Assembly: GCA_047835465.1 (NCBI GenBank)
Contig: CP181265.1
Location: forward strand, 297,257 to 361,256
Reading direction: 5' to 3'
DNA length: 64,000 nucleotides
Source: Succiniclasticum sp.
Lineage (GTDB): Bacteria > Bacillota > Negativicutes > Acidaminococcales > Acidaminococcaceae
A program made the position numbers and the translations under genes. Below, piece by piece: positions 49,822-59,320 of the stretch. The notes beneath the pieces were generated by a model, which saw nothing but the letters and a program-made list of their open reading frames with translations, was not told where the DNA came from and did not search any database. How positions within the stretch are numbered: the first letter of the stretch is position 1; each line of letters starts with the position of its first letter.

Positions 49822-49993
49822 GTGGATGATACATATGGGAGAACGATGTATATCTGCCGAAGGAGTCAAACTCTCAGGCGCTTTCCGTAAGAAAGCAGAA
49901 CCATATGCGGACACAACTCTGGAGAGTCCCGCAAGGGCGCCGAAGGTGCACGATGGCCGCTGGCCGTCTTATCTCTCAGGCAAAAGGACAGAG
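49822..49993 (+). ncRNA. Tandem glycine riboswitch
   Basis: Aptamer 1 GGAGA..GCCGAAGGAG..CTCTCAGG with P1 CATATGG/CCATATG; aptamer 2 CTCTGGAGAG..CGCCGAAGGTGCA..CTCTCAGGCAAAAGGACAGAG; GGATGA leader; upstream of an Ala/Gly symporter. Confidence 0.93.
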
Positions 49994-50050
49994 TCAGACA
50001 TAGAAATACCGGGCTGGCATTACTGCGGCCCTGTTCCGTGTTCTTGCCTT

Positions 50051-50088
50051 AAACTTATCTCCGGAGGTTCGGCGATAAGTTTTTTTTA
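50051..50088 (+). terminator. Riboswitch expression-platform terminator
   Basis: AAACTTATC...GATAAGTTT followed by TTTTT, before the RBS. Confidence 0.75.
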
Positions 50089-50119
50089 TGGTGTAAACGC
50101 GGAAAGGAAGGGTCTGGAA

Positions 50120-51541
50120 ATGGATTACATGGAATTGTTGAACAGTTTGGACAGCTTCGTCTGGGGGCCGCCGCTGCTGGTACTGCTTGTCGGGACCGGT
50201 ATTCTGCTGACCATCCGGCTGGGGCTGCTGCAGGTGCGGCACCTGCCCCGGGCGCTGGCGTTGATTTTCAAGGCCAAGAGCAACGGCTCCGGGGATACGT
50301 CCTCCTTCAAGGCGCTGTGCACGGCGCTTGCTGCTACCATCGGCACCGGGAACATCGTCGGCGTGGCAACGGCTGTCAAAGCCGGCGGCCCGGGTGCCCT
50401 GTTCTGGATGTGGGTGGCCGCCTTCTTCGGCATGGCGACCAAGTACGCCGAAGGCTTGCTGGCCGTCAAATACCGCAGTTTTGATGAAAAGGGCGAAGTG
50501 GTCGGCGGCCCTATGTTCTACATTGAAAACGGCATGGGCAAACAGTGGCGTCCTCTGGCGATTTTCTTCTCCGTTGCCGGCGTCCTCGTGGCGTACTTCG
50601 GCATCGGGACCTTTGCCCAGGTCAACTCCATCGTGGATATTACGAAGTTGTCCATCGGCCTGGATCCGCTGTATACGGCCATCATCCTGACCGTCGTGGT
50701 CGCAGCGGTTACACTGGGCGGCCTGAAGAGTATTGCAGCCGTTGCCGGCAAAGTCGTTCCGGCCATGGCAGTCATCTACTTTATTTCTACGGTTGGTTTC
50801 CTGGCTATTTTTGCCGACAAGGTTCCGGCAGCCATTATGCTGGTCTTGCACGATGCCTTCACGCCGACGGCGGCCGTCGGCGGGTTCGCCGGTGCCAGCG
50901 TCATGCTTGCCATGCGGTCTGGTGTCGCCCGCGGCGTCTTCTCCAATGAATCGGGCCTCGGCTCTGCACCAATCGTGGCGGCAGCTGCCAAGACGAAATG
51001 GCCTGCGGAACAGGGCCTCGTTTCCATGACCGGTACCTTCATCGACACGATCATCATCTGCACCCTGACGGGCCTGACTCTGGTGGTCAGCGGCCTCTGG
51101 ACGGGCGACCTGAACGGCGCTGCACTGACGCAGGCTGCGTTCCTCCAGGCCTATCCGGACATGGGCAAGTACGTCCTGATGGTCGGCCTCGTCCTGTTCG
51201 CATTCACAACCATCCTCGGCTGGAACTACTACGGCGAACGCTGCATCGTGTACCTGGCCGGTGTCAAGGCAGTCATGCCGTACCGGATCTTCTTTATCGT
51301 GCTCATCGCCTGCGGTGCCTTCCTGAAACTGGAAGCCATCTGGGTACTGGCTGATATCGTCAACGGCCTCATGGCTGTCCCGAACCTGATTGCCCTGCTC
51401 GCATTAAGCGGTGTCGTCGTCCGGGAGACGAGACGCTATTTCCGGCACGCTGCGCTGGGCGATTTGAACGAAGTGGACGGCCTGCAGCCGGAGACCGCAG
51501 AAGAATACGCACAGCCCCAGGCGGCTGTCGAGAAAGCCTGA
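50120..51541 (+). CDS. agcS: Sodium:alanine/glycine symporter (AgcS/AlsT family)
   Basis: ATIGTGNI.GVA, GGPGALFWMW, GGPMFY, RGVFSNESGLGS, DTIIICTLT, NGLMAVPN. Confidence 0.93.
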   Translation: MDYMELLNSLDSFVWGPPLLVLLVGTGILLTIRLGLLQVRHLPRALALIFKAKSNGSGDTSSFKALCTALAATIGTGNIVGVATAVKAGGPGALFWMWVAAFFGMATKYAEGLLAVKYRSFDEKGEVVGGPMFYIENGMGKQWRPLAIFFSVAGVLVAYFGIGTFAQVNSIVDITKLSIGLDPLYTAIILTVVVAAVTLGGLKSIAAVAGKVVPAMAVIYFISTVGFLAIFADKVPAAIMLVLHDAFTPTAAVGGFAGASVMLAMRSGVARGVFSNESGLGSAPIVAAAAKTKWPAEQGLVSMTGTFIDTIIICTLTGLTLVVSGLWTGDLNGAALTQAAFLQAYPDMGKYVLMVGLVLFAFTTILGWNYYGERCIVYLAGVKAVMPYRIFFIVLIACGAFLKLEAIWVLADIVNGLMAVPNLIALLALSGVVVRETRRYFRHAALGDLNEVDGLQPETAEEYAQPQAAVEKA

Positions 51542-51560
51542 CCTTTCCATCAACATAACA

Positions 51561-51606
51561 AAAACCGTTCGGATGTAGAAATCAGCTACATCCGGACGGT
51601 TTTTTC
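51561..51606. terminator. Bidirectional terminator
   Basis: AAAACCGTTCGGATGTAG-loop-CTACATCCGGACGGTTTTTT. Confidence 0.85.
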
Positions 51607-51640
51607 ATGTCGCAGGGGTCCGTTTCACGGCGGCAGGATA

Positions 51641-53362
51641 TTACTGCAGGAGGGATGACATTCCGGCGGGACTGGGTTCGTCCGGCTGGTCGTCCCCTGG
51701 TTCGGAAATTTCGCCGGAGAGAAACTTGTGATGCCACAATTTCGTGTCCTGGTATCCGCGCAGGACCGCGTGGATTTCGTCCTGCATTTTTTGCGATCCA
51801 GGCAGCAGCAGGGAGTTCGTCAAGGCGGTCTGCAGGCGTGCTGTCAGCGCTTCGTGGGGCCACTGGAGCAGGACGACGACGGCCATCCAGCGTACGTGGG
51901 GGGACAGGTTCCGCAAGGCAGCCACCAGGAAGGGGACTCCTTCTCCCGGCTGCTCGGACAAGCAGCTGCACAGGGCCCTTAGGAGTTTACTGTTCCGAAA
52001 AACGGCGGGCGAGGCCTTTTTCAGCCTGCCGAACAGGAGATGGCAGCGGCGGTGCCGCGTTTCCGCCGAAGCGGGACTGACCGGGCCGGCCATATAGGCC
52101 AGGTACCGCAGAATATCCAGACGCCGCGGATGACGGTCGTAATAGGCATAGAAGTCGTCCCATACGTCGAGTTCCAGGACCTGGGCCAGGAATACCAACT
52201 CCTGGCGGACAGGGCGGGGCCCTGCCAGGGCCTTCCGTATTTCCTCGCAATGGTCGGTCCGGTAGAGCAGGGCGTCGCAGTGCCCCAGCAGCAGCTGAAA
52301 CTCATTGGGATCTATCTGGCTGTACAGGTCCGGTCCGGCCAGGTAGGACAGATTTTCCCGGAGAATGCGGAGGTCTGCCAGGAACGTCGGATCCGACGTG
52401 TAGGCTTCGCCGGCCTGCAGCAGTGCCTTCAGCAGCGGCTGCAGGGGTGGATGTCCCTCCGGAGGGGGAACAACGGCAGAAAAAAGGTAAGGCAAGTCCG
52501 TGTCTTCGTGCGGCAGGCTTGTTGCCGTATACGCCATGATCAGCTGTGTCGCCTTCACAAACGGCAGGCGCCGCAGGCGGCCGCTTTCCAACTGGGCCTG
52601 GATGTTCCCCTGCTCCAGGAGATAACCGCCCACTTCAGGCCAGAGGCCGTTCGCCGCGACGGACCGCTGCAGGATCCACTCTTTTTTCTCCGGTGTATCG
52701 TAATCCAGGAGGGCCGAGAGGAGCACGTTGCCCCAGCTCCGCGTGACCCGGGCGGTAGCCCACAATTCCCGCTGGGGCCGTTCGTTGGCGACCGTGCAGG
52801 CCAGGCACAAGGCCGGTGTGAATTCTTCGCACCGTGCCAGGGTGAACAGGTCCTGGTACAGGCTGGCCGAGTAGGACGAACGAATCTGTTCGAGACCGAA
52901 CAGGGAACAAAGCAAATAAGAGAAATACAATACCTGGCGATGGGCTGCCGTATAGAGCCACTGCTGTGCCAGATCGAGCAGGGCAAAGGGCAGGGCCGCC
53001 TGCTGCTTCGTAATCAGGGAGGCCAGGGGACGGAAGTAGAGCGCCATGGGGGAATGGGCTACGAGCCGGTAGAGCCTGCGCTCTGTCTTGGCGTCGTCCT
53101 TCTGGATCCATTTCTTCAGGAGCAGAAAGATGTTCGTGATTTGTTCCACGTCGCCTGCTTCCAGCCCGGGGGAAAACAGCTGAATTTCCTGCATGCCCGC
53201 CGTGTATTCCCTGTCTTCGTCCGGCAAGGGGGACTGATCGTAATAGCCCCGCCTGTTCAAATGGTCGACGACATAGAGAAACAGGCTGTGCTGCAGGATC
53301 TGCTGTTTCTGCTCGGCCCGCCGCCGCTGTATTTCCGCTTCCGTAGGTGGTTGTGTTGTCAT
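51641..53362 (-). CDS. Hypothetical alpha-helical/HEAT-like repeat protein
   Basis: 573-aa ORF with RBS; motifs LA..EEFT, LW.TA..T.SWG, EWIL..NGL and PGEG..FL..AL....P.VR..A...L..W. Confidence 0.7.
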   Translation of the reverse strand: MTTQPPTEAEIQRRRAEQKQQILQHSLFLYVVDHLNRRGYYDQSPLPDEDREYTAGMQEIQLFSPGLEAGDVEQITNIFLLLKKWIQKDDAKTERRLYRLVAHSPMALYFRPLASLITKQQAALPFALLDLAQQWLYTAAHRQVLYFSYLLCSLFGLEQIRSSYSASLYQDLFTLARCEEFTPALCLACTVANERPQRELWATARVTRSWGNVLLSALLDYDTPEKKEWILQRSVAANGLWPEVGGYLLEQGNIQAQLESGRLRRLPFVKATQLIMAYTATSLPHEDTDLPYLFSAVVPPPEGHPPLQPLLKALLQAGEAYTSDPTFLADLRILRENLSYLAGPDLYSQIDPNEFQLLLGHCDALLYRTDHCEEIRKALAGPRPVRQELVFLAQVLELDVWDDFYAYYDRHPRRLDILRYLAYMAGPVSPASAETRHRRCHLLFGRLKKASPAVFRNSKLLRALCSCLSEQPGEGVPFLVAALRNLSPHVRWMAVVVLLQWPHEALTARLQTALTNSLLLPGSQKMQDEIHAVLRGYQDTKLWHHKFLSGEISEPGDDQPDEPSPAGMSSLLQ

Positions 53363-53371
53363 AGGTCTTCC

Positions 53372-56300
53372 TTAGTTTTTGCTGTCGATGGTCAGGAGGC
53401 AGTCCCCGTTTTCGATGCGGCTGCCGGGCTGGACCAGAATCTGGCTGATGATGCCGGACAGAGGCGCAGCGATGGTGGTTTCCATCTTCATGGCTTCCGT
53501 TACGATCAACGGAGTGCCCTTGGTGACGGACTGCCCCTTTTCGACCAGAATCTTGACGACCGAGCCGGCCAGGGTGGCACCGATTTCGCCGGGGTTCGAC
53601 TTGTCGGCTTTCTTACGCGTTACATTGGTCCGTTTGGCGTTGCGGTCGAACACCGTGATTTCACGGGGCATGCCGTTGAATTCGAAGCTGACGACGCGGT
53701 TGCCGTTGTCGTCGGCATCGCTGATATGGATCAATTTGATAATGACGACTTTGCCCTTTTCAATTTCCACGTCGATTTCCTCGCCGCGGGTCATGCCGAA
53801 GAAGAAGGTCGGCGTATCGAGGACCGATACATCGCCGAATTCCTCGTGGCGCTGGACCCACTTGCGGAACACGTCGGGATAGAGGCAATAGGAGGAAACG
53901 GCTTCGTCCGTCGTGGGAGCGCCCATTTCCTGCAATTCGCGCCGTTTCGCTTCAAAGTCCACCGGGGGCAGCACCGCACCGGGCCGCTCCGTAATGGGCT
54001 TGCGGCCCCGCAGGATAATCTGCTGCAGCCGTTTGGGGAAGCCGCCGTACGGCGTGCCGATCCCGCCCTGGAAGAAGTTGATGACCGATGCAGGGAAGTC
54101 CATGGTTTCGCCCTTGGCGTAGACGTCTTCCTCCGTCAGTTCGTTCTGGACCATGAAGAGGGTCATGTCGCCGACGACTTTGGACGACGGCGTGACTTTG
54201 ATGACATCGCCGAACATCATGGAGACGCGGTGGTACATGTCTTTAATTTCTTCCCAGCGGTCCAGCAGGCCCAGGGCTGCCGCCTGCTGTTTCAGGTTGG
54301 TGTACTGGCCGCCGGGCATTTCGTGGATGTAGACTTCGGGGTTCGGGAAGGTTTCCGTTTTGTCCGCCGCTTTGTAGTACGGGCGGACCGTTTCCCAATA
54401 CCGGGACAATTCGTTCAACGCGTTGACGTCGAGCTTGGGCTGGCGTGGATGTCCTTCCAGCGCGTAGTAGAGGCCCGCCGTGGAGGGCTGCGACGTGCCG
54501 CAGCTCATGGCGCTCATGGCCGTATCGACGATGTCGACACCGGCGTCGATGGCGCGGGCGTACGTATAGATGCTGTTGCCGCTGCCGTCGTGCGAATGCA
54601 GGTGGATGGGCACGTCGACGGCGTCCTTCAGGGCACTGATCAGCTGGTACGCTGCTTCCGGTTTCAGGAGACCGGCCATGTCCTTGATGGCGATGATGTT
54701 GGCACCGGCCCGTTCCAGTTCCCTGGCCATGTCGACGTAGTACTGCAGGTTGTATTTTTCCCGGGTCGCGTCGAGGATGTCCCCCGTATAGCATAAGGCG
54801 GGTTCTGCCACTTTATTGCACTCGCGGACTGTCTCAATGGACAAACGCATGTTGTCCAGACCGTTCAGGGAGTCGAAGATACGGAACACGTCGACGCCGT
54901 TCTTGGCAGACAGGCGGATGAATTCCTTGACGACATTGTCGGGATAGCTCGTGTAACCGACGGCATTGGCGCCGCGGAGCAGCATCTGGTTCAGAACGTT
55001 GGGAGCGGCCTCGCGGAACTGCTGCAGGCGGGCCCAGGGGCTTTCGTCCAGGAAGCGGTAGGCCACGTCGAAGGTGGCGCCGCCCCAGTCTTCGAACGAG
55101 AAGAGACCCGGCAGGCGTCCCGCCGTTTCGCGAATGACACGGAGCATGTCCGCCGTGCGAAGCCGCGTGGCGAACAGGGACTGGTGGGCGTCACGGAAGG
55201 TCGTATCCGTGATGAGGACCTCTTTCTGGTCCTGTACCCATTTGGCCAGGCCCTCCGGTCCGCGGGCATCGAGAATCTGCCGCGTGCCGTTCGGCAGGTC
55301 GCCCGTGAAAGGTTTCGGCATGTTCAACGGGGCGAATTCCGGTTTCGGCACGACGCCTACATTGGCGTACCCGTTGACCGTGACATCTGCAATGTAATGG
55401 AGCAGCTTGGTGCCGCGGTCCTTGCTCTCGGGGAACTGGAACAGTTCCGGCGTGGTGTCGATGAAGTTCGTTGTATAGGATCCGTCCAGGAATTTCGGGT
55501 TCTGCAGGACGTTTTCCAGGAAAGCGATGTTGGTCTTGACGCCGCGGATACGGAATTCGCGGAGGCAGCGCAGCATCTTCGTCACTGTAATCTGGTGCGT
55601 CAGGCCCCACGTTGTCGCTTTGACAAGCAGGGAATCATAATACGGCGTGATGACGGAGCCCGTGAAGGCATTGCCCGCGTCGAGGCGGATGCCCATGCCG
55701 CCGCCGGAACGGTAGGCGATGAGTTTGCCTGTGTCCGGCATGAAGTTGTTCAGCGGATCTTCTGTCGTGATGCGGCACTGGATGGCCTCACCACGGTAGT
55801 GGATGTCCTTCTGCCGGGGGACGCCGACTTCAGGAGCGTGCATGTCCCAGCCCTCGGCGATGCGGATCTGGGCCTGGACGATGTCGATGCCCGTAATGGC
55901 CTCCGTTACGGTGTGTTCTACCTGGATACGGGGGTTGACTTCGATGAAATAGAAATTGCCGTCGGGCGTGACGAGAAATTCGCATGTGCCGGCGCTCACG
56001 TAGTGGACGTTGCGCATGAGTCGCAGGGCGGCGTCACAGATTTTCTGGCGCAGGGCAACAGGGACGAAAGTGGCCGGCGCCATTTCAATGACTTTCTGGT
56101 GGCGGCGCTGGACCGAGCAGTCGCGTTCGAAGAGATGGACCAGGTTGCCGTGTTCGTCTCCCAGGACCTGTACTTCGATGTGCTTGGGGTCTTTCAAATA
56201 TTTTTCTACGTAGATTTCGTCGCTGCCGAAGGCTTTCAGGGCTTCGGACTTGGCCAGGTCGTAGGCGGTCTTCAGCTCTTCTTCGGAGTTGACCGTGCGC

Positions 56301-56812
56301 ATGCCGCGGCCACCGCCGCCGTTGACGGCTTTGATAATAATCGGGTAGCCGTGCTCGCGGCCGAACGCCTGGACTTCTTCCAGGGAGTGAACGGCCCCGT
56401 CGCTGCCGGGAATCATGGGAATGCCGGCCCGTTTGGCCTGCTCCCGTGCATTGACCTTGTCGCCGAACATGATCAGGTGGTCCACATGGGGCCCGATGAA
56501 GGTAATTCCTTCTTCCCGGCACCGTTTAGCCAGGTCGGCATTTTCCGACAAAAAGCCGTAGCCGGGATGAATGGCATCGACGTCGTGTTCCTTGGCGATG
56601 CGCATGATGTCTTCAATATCCAGGTACGCTTCCACAGGACCCTTGCCGCGGCCGACCAGGTAGGCTTCGTCGGCTTTGTTCCGGTGCAGGGACAACGTAT
56701 CTTCCTTGGAGAAGATAGCAATGGTGTGGATTCCCAGTTCCGCGCAGGCACGGAACACACGAATGGCGATTTCCCCGCGGTTGGCGACGAGGACGGTTTT
56801 GATTTTCTTCAT
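53372..56812 (-). CDS. pyc: Pyruvate carboxylase
   Basis: ANRGEIA, ERDCSVQRRHQK, RDAHQSL, WGGATFD, HEMPGGQY, EAMKME biotin site. Confidence 0.98.
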   Translation of the reverse strand: MKKIKTVLVANRGEIAIRVFRACAELGIHTIAIFSKEDTLSLHRNKADEAYLVGRGKGPVEAYLDIEDIMRIAKEHDVDAIHPGYGFLSENADLAKRCREEGITFIGPHVDHLIMFGDKVNAREQAKRAGIPMIPGSDGAVHSLEEVQAFGREHGYPIIIKAVNGGGGRGMRTVNSEEELKTAYDLAKSEALKAFGSDEIYVEKYLKDPKHIEVQVLGDEHGNLVHLFERDCSVQRRHQKVIEMAPATFVPVALRQKICDAALRLMRNVHYVSAGTCEFLVTPDGNFYFIEVNPRIQVEHTVTEAITGIDIVQAQIRIAEGWDMHAPEVGVPRQKDIHYRGEAIQCRITTEDPLNNFMPDTGKLIAYRSGGGMGIRLDAGNAFTGSVITPYYDSLLVKATTWGLTHQITVTKMLRCLREFRIRGVKTNIAFLENVLQNPKFLDGSYTTNFIDTTPELFQFPESKDRGTKLLHYIADVTVNGYANVGVVPKPEFAPLNMPKPFTGDLPNGTRQILDARGPEGLAKWVQDQKEVLITDTTFRDAHQSLFATRLRTADMLRVIRETAGRLPGLFSFEDWGGATFDVAYRFLDESPWARLQQFREAAPNVLNQMLLRGANAVGYTSYPDNVVKEFIRLSAKNGVDVFRIFDSLNGLDNMRLSIETVRECNKVAEPALCYTGDILDATREKYNLQYYVDMARELERAGANIIAIKDMAGLLKPEAAYQLISALKDAVDVPIHLHSHDGSGNSIYTYARAIDAGVDIVDTAMSAMSCGTSQPSTAGLYYALEGHPRQPKLDVNALNELSRYWETVRPYYKAADKTETFPNPEVYIHEMPGGQYTNLKQQAAALGLLDRWEEIKDMYHRVSMMFGDVIKVTPSSKVVGDMTLFMVQNELTEEDVYAKGETMDFPASVINFFQGGIGTPYGGFPKRLQQIILRGRKPITERPGAVLPPVDFEAKRRELQEMGAPTTDEAVSSYCLYPDVFRKWVQRHEEFGDVSVLDTPTFFFGMTRGEEIDVEIEKGKVVIIKLIHISDADDNGNRVVSFEFNGMPREITVFDRNAKRTNVTRKKADKSNPGEIGATLAGSVVKILVEKGQSVTKGTPLIVTEAMKMETTIAAPLSGIISQILVQPGSRIENGDCLLTIDSKN

Positions 56813-57077
56813 ATAAGAGCCTCCTTTGGCAGTCATAAGCTGGTTAGCATAAGTCCATTGTATTATAGGGCCGGAGGGAATTCAACCTTCGGCGATTAAG
56901 TATACAGAATTCATAAAGTGTATACAGAATAATCCGCGCGTACACCGGAAAAATCATTCCGGCCGGATGGAGGGGACATTTTTTAGTACAATTCTTCATT
57001 TTTTCACAGTTGAAACTTGCGGCCTTCCATTGTAGGCGTTAGAATAAGGGAAAGTATTCCGGCAAAAGGAGGAAGCT

Positions 57078-59273
57078 ATGAATAACCAGAACAACAAAAA
57101 CAGCGGCAGCGGCAACGGACGCCGCCCGTTGTATTTCTATTATGTCCTGGCCTTTGTGGTCATCATGCTGCTGAACCAGTATGTGTTCCCGACCATGTGG
57201 AAACCGCAGGTCGAAAACATCCCGTACAGCACGTTCCTGCAGATGGTGGACGAAGGCAAATTCTCCAAGGTGGAGATCAGTGACAAACGCCTGGCGGCGA
57301 CAGCCAGCGATACGAACGACAAGAAAATCTACATCACGGGGCGTGCCGTAGACCCGCAGCTGCTGACGCGGCTGGAAAAGAGCAAGGTTACGTTCTCCCA
57401 GGTCGTTCCGCGGGAAAACACGCCGCTGGAAAGCTTTATCTACAACTGGATCCTGCCGATCTTGTTCTTCTTCATCATCGGCCAGCTGATCATGCGATTT
57501 ATGAGCCGAAAGGGCGGCTTCGGCGGCTTTGGCGGCATGGGTAATTTCGGCAAGAGCAACGCCAAGGTCTATATGCAGGCCAACACGGGTGTTACCTTCG
57601 CAGATGTAGCAGGCCAGGACGAGGCAAAGGAAGCCCTCGTCGAACTGGTGGATTTCCTGCATCACCCTGGCAAATACCAGAAGATTGGTGCCACCATGCC
57701 GAAAGGCGCGCTGCTCGTCGGGCCTCCGGGCACCGGCAAGACACTGCTGGCCAAGGCTATCGCCGGCGAGGCGAAGGTGCCGTTCTTCAGCATTTCCGGT
57801 TCGGAATTCATTGAAATGTTCGTCGGCATGGGCGCTGCCCGTGTGCGTGACCTCTTTGACCAGGCACAGAAAAAAGCACCGTGTATCGTGTTCATCGATG
57901 AAATTGATGCCATCGGTAAAAAGCGTGACACCGGGGCCTTCGGCAGCAACGACGAACGGGAGCAGACCCTGAACCAGCTGCTGGCCGAAATGGACGGTTT
58001 CGACGGCAGCAAGGGCGTCATCATCCTGGCGGCGACGAACCGCCCCGAGTCTCTGGACAAGGCGCTCCTCCGCCCGGGCCGGTTTGACCGCCGGATTCCG
58101 GTGGAACTGCCGGATCTGAAGGGCCGTGAGGCCATCCTGAAGGTTCATTCCAAAGACGTACGCATGGAAGATGCTATCGACCTGAACGCCATTGCCCGCG
58201 CCACGGCCGGCGCTTCCGGCGCCGAACTGGCGAATATCGTCAACGAGGCCGCTCTGCGGGCTGTCCGCATGGGCCGCGACAAAGTCAACCAGCAGGACTT
58301 GGAAGAATCGGTCGAAGTCATCATTGCCGGCTACCAGCGCAAAGGCGCGGTGATTTCGCCGGAAGAAAAGAAAGTCATTGCATACCATGAAATCGGGCAT
58401 GCCCTGGTGGCAGCCATGCAGTCCAATTCTGCCCCGGTCCACAAGATTACGATTGTGCCGCGTACGAGCGGCGCGTTGGGCTACACCATGCAGGTGGACA
58501 AGCAGGAAAAAGTCCTGCAGAGCAAGGAAGAACTGTTCAACCGCATCGTCACGATGACCGGCGGCCGTTCTGCCGAAGAGGTGGTCTTCAACCTGGTGAC
58601 CGGCGGCGCTGCCAATGACATTGAGCAGGCGACGCGCCTGGCCCGTGCCATGGTCGCCCGCCTGGGCATGACGGAAGAATTTGACATGATGGGCATGGAA
58701 ACCATCCAGAATGCTTATCTGGGCGGGGATACGTCCCTGACCTGCAGTGAAGCCACGGCGGCCCGGATTGACCAGAAAGTAGCGGAACTCATCAAGGAAG
58801 CCCACAAGAAAGCCATTTCCATCCTGAAGGACCATCGCGAGGATATGGATCGCCTGGCATCTTACCTGTTGGAAAAAGAAACAATTACCGGCGAGGAATT
58901 CATGGCCATCCTCCATCACGAGGATCCGGAGGAAGCCTTGCGCCGTGCGTCGGAAATCGCTTCGGAAAAGAATCTGCGGGAACGGGAAGCCGATGCCGAA
59001 AAGGCTGCGGAAGATGCAGCCCGCGACGCAGCCCGCTCTGCAGCCTGGGCGGCGGCGGCCAAGAAGGAAGCGGCAGCCCGCGGCGAGAATGTCGACGGGA
59101 CGCCCCTGACCCCGGAACAGCAGGCCCAGCCTTCGCAGGACCCGCAGACGGCATGGCAGGCACCGCAATCCCAGCAGCCTTCCGAGCCCACGCAGGTTCC
59201 GCCGTCTTCGCAGACTCCGCAAAATCCGCAAAATCCGCAGAATCCGCAGGGACCGTCGGACGGAACCTTGTAA
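57078..59273 (+). CDS. ftsH: ATP-dependent zinc metalloprotease FtsH
   Basis: Two TMs, [33 protein letters not shown]. Confidence 0.96.
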   Translation: MNNQNNKNSGSGNGRRPLYFYYVLAFVVIMLLNQYVFPTMWKPQVENIPYSTFLQMVDEGKFSKVEISDKRLAATASDTNDKKIYITGRAVDPQLLTRLEKSKVTFSQVVPRENTPLESFIYNWILPILFFFIIGQLIMRFMSRKGGFGGFGGMGNFGKSNAKVYMQANTGVTFADVAGQDEAKEALVELVDFLHHPGKYQKIGATMPKGALLVGPPGTGKTLLAKAIAGEAKVPFFSISGSEFIEMFVGMGAARVRDLFDQAQKKAPCIVFIDEIDAIGKKRDTGAFGSNDEREQTLNQLLAEMDGFDGSKGVIILAATNRPESLDKALLRPGRFDRRIPVELPDLKGREAILKVHSKDVRMEDAIDLNAIARATAGASGAELANIVNEAALRAVRMGRDKVNQQDLEESVEVIIAGYQRKGAVISPEEKKVIAYHEIGHALVAAMQSNSAPVHKITIVPRTSGALGYTMQVDKQEKVLQSKEELFNRIVTMTGGRSAEEVVFNLVTGGAANDIEQATRLARAMVARLGMTEEFDMMGMETIQNAYLGGDTSLTCSEATAARIDQKVAELIKEAHKKAISILKDHREDMDRLASYLLEKETITGEEFMAILHHEDPEEALRRASEIASEKNLREREADAEKAAEDAARDAARSAAWAAAAKKEAAARGENVDGTPLTPEQQAQPSQDPQTAWQAPQSQQPSEPTQVPPSSQTPQNPQNPQNPQGPSDGTL
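59211..59255 (+). repeat. Five imperfect 9-bp tandem repeats (CAAAATCCG) in the ftsH 3' end
   Basis: CAGACTCCG CAAAATCCG CAAAATCCG CAGAATCCG CAGGGACCG encoding [15 protein letters not shown]. Confidence 0.85.
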
Positions 59274-59320
59274 CGTCCGGCAGCAGCCTGGTACGACGAG
59301 GCCGGGTACGGTACAACAAG

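Noticed and set aside
49820-50119. 100-aa N-terminal extension of AgcS
   Set aside because: It runs through the glycine riboswitch and terminator; the RBS-supported start is at 50120.
52040-54796. 918-aa plus-strand ORF
   Set aside because: It is an antisense shadow of pyc and the hypothetical gene caused by GC-rich codon bias, with no recognisable motifs.
57039-59231. 730-aa minus-strand ORF, and similar long antisense ORFs at 711-1928, 24293-26086, 26908-28575, 29619-31367 and 55184-56899
   Set aside because: Each lies opposite a well-supported gene and has no family signature.
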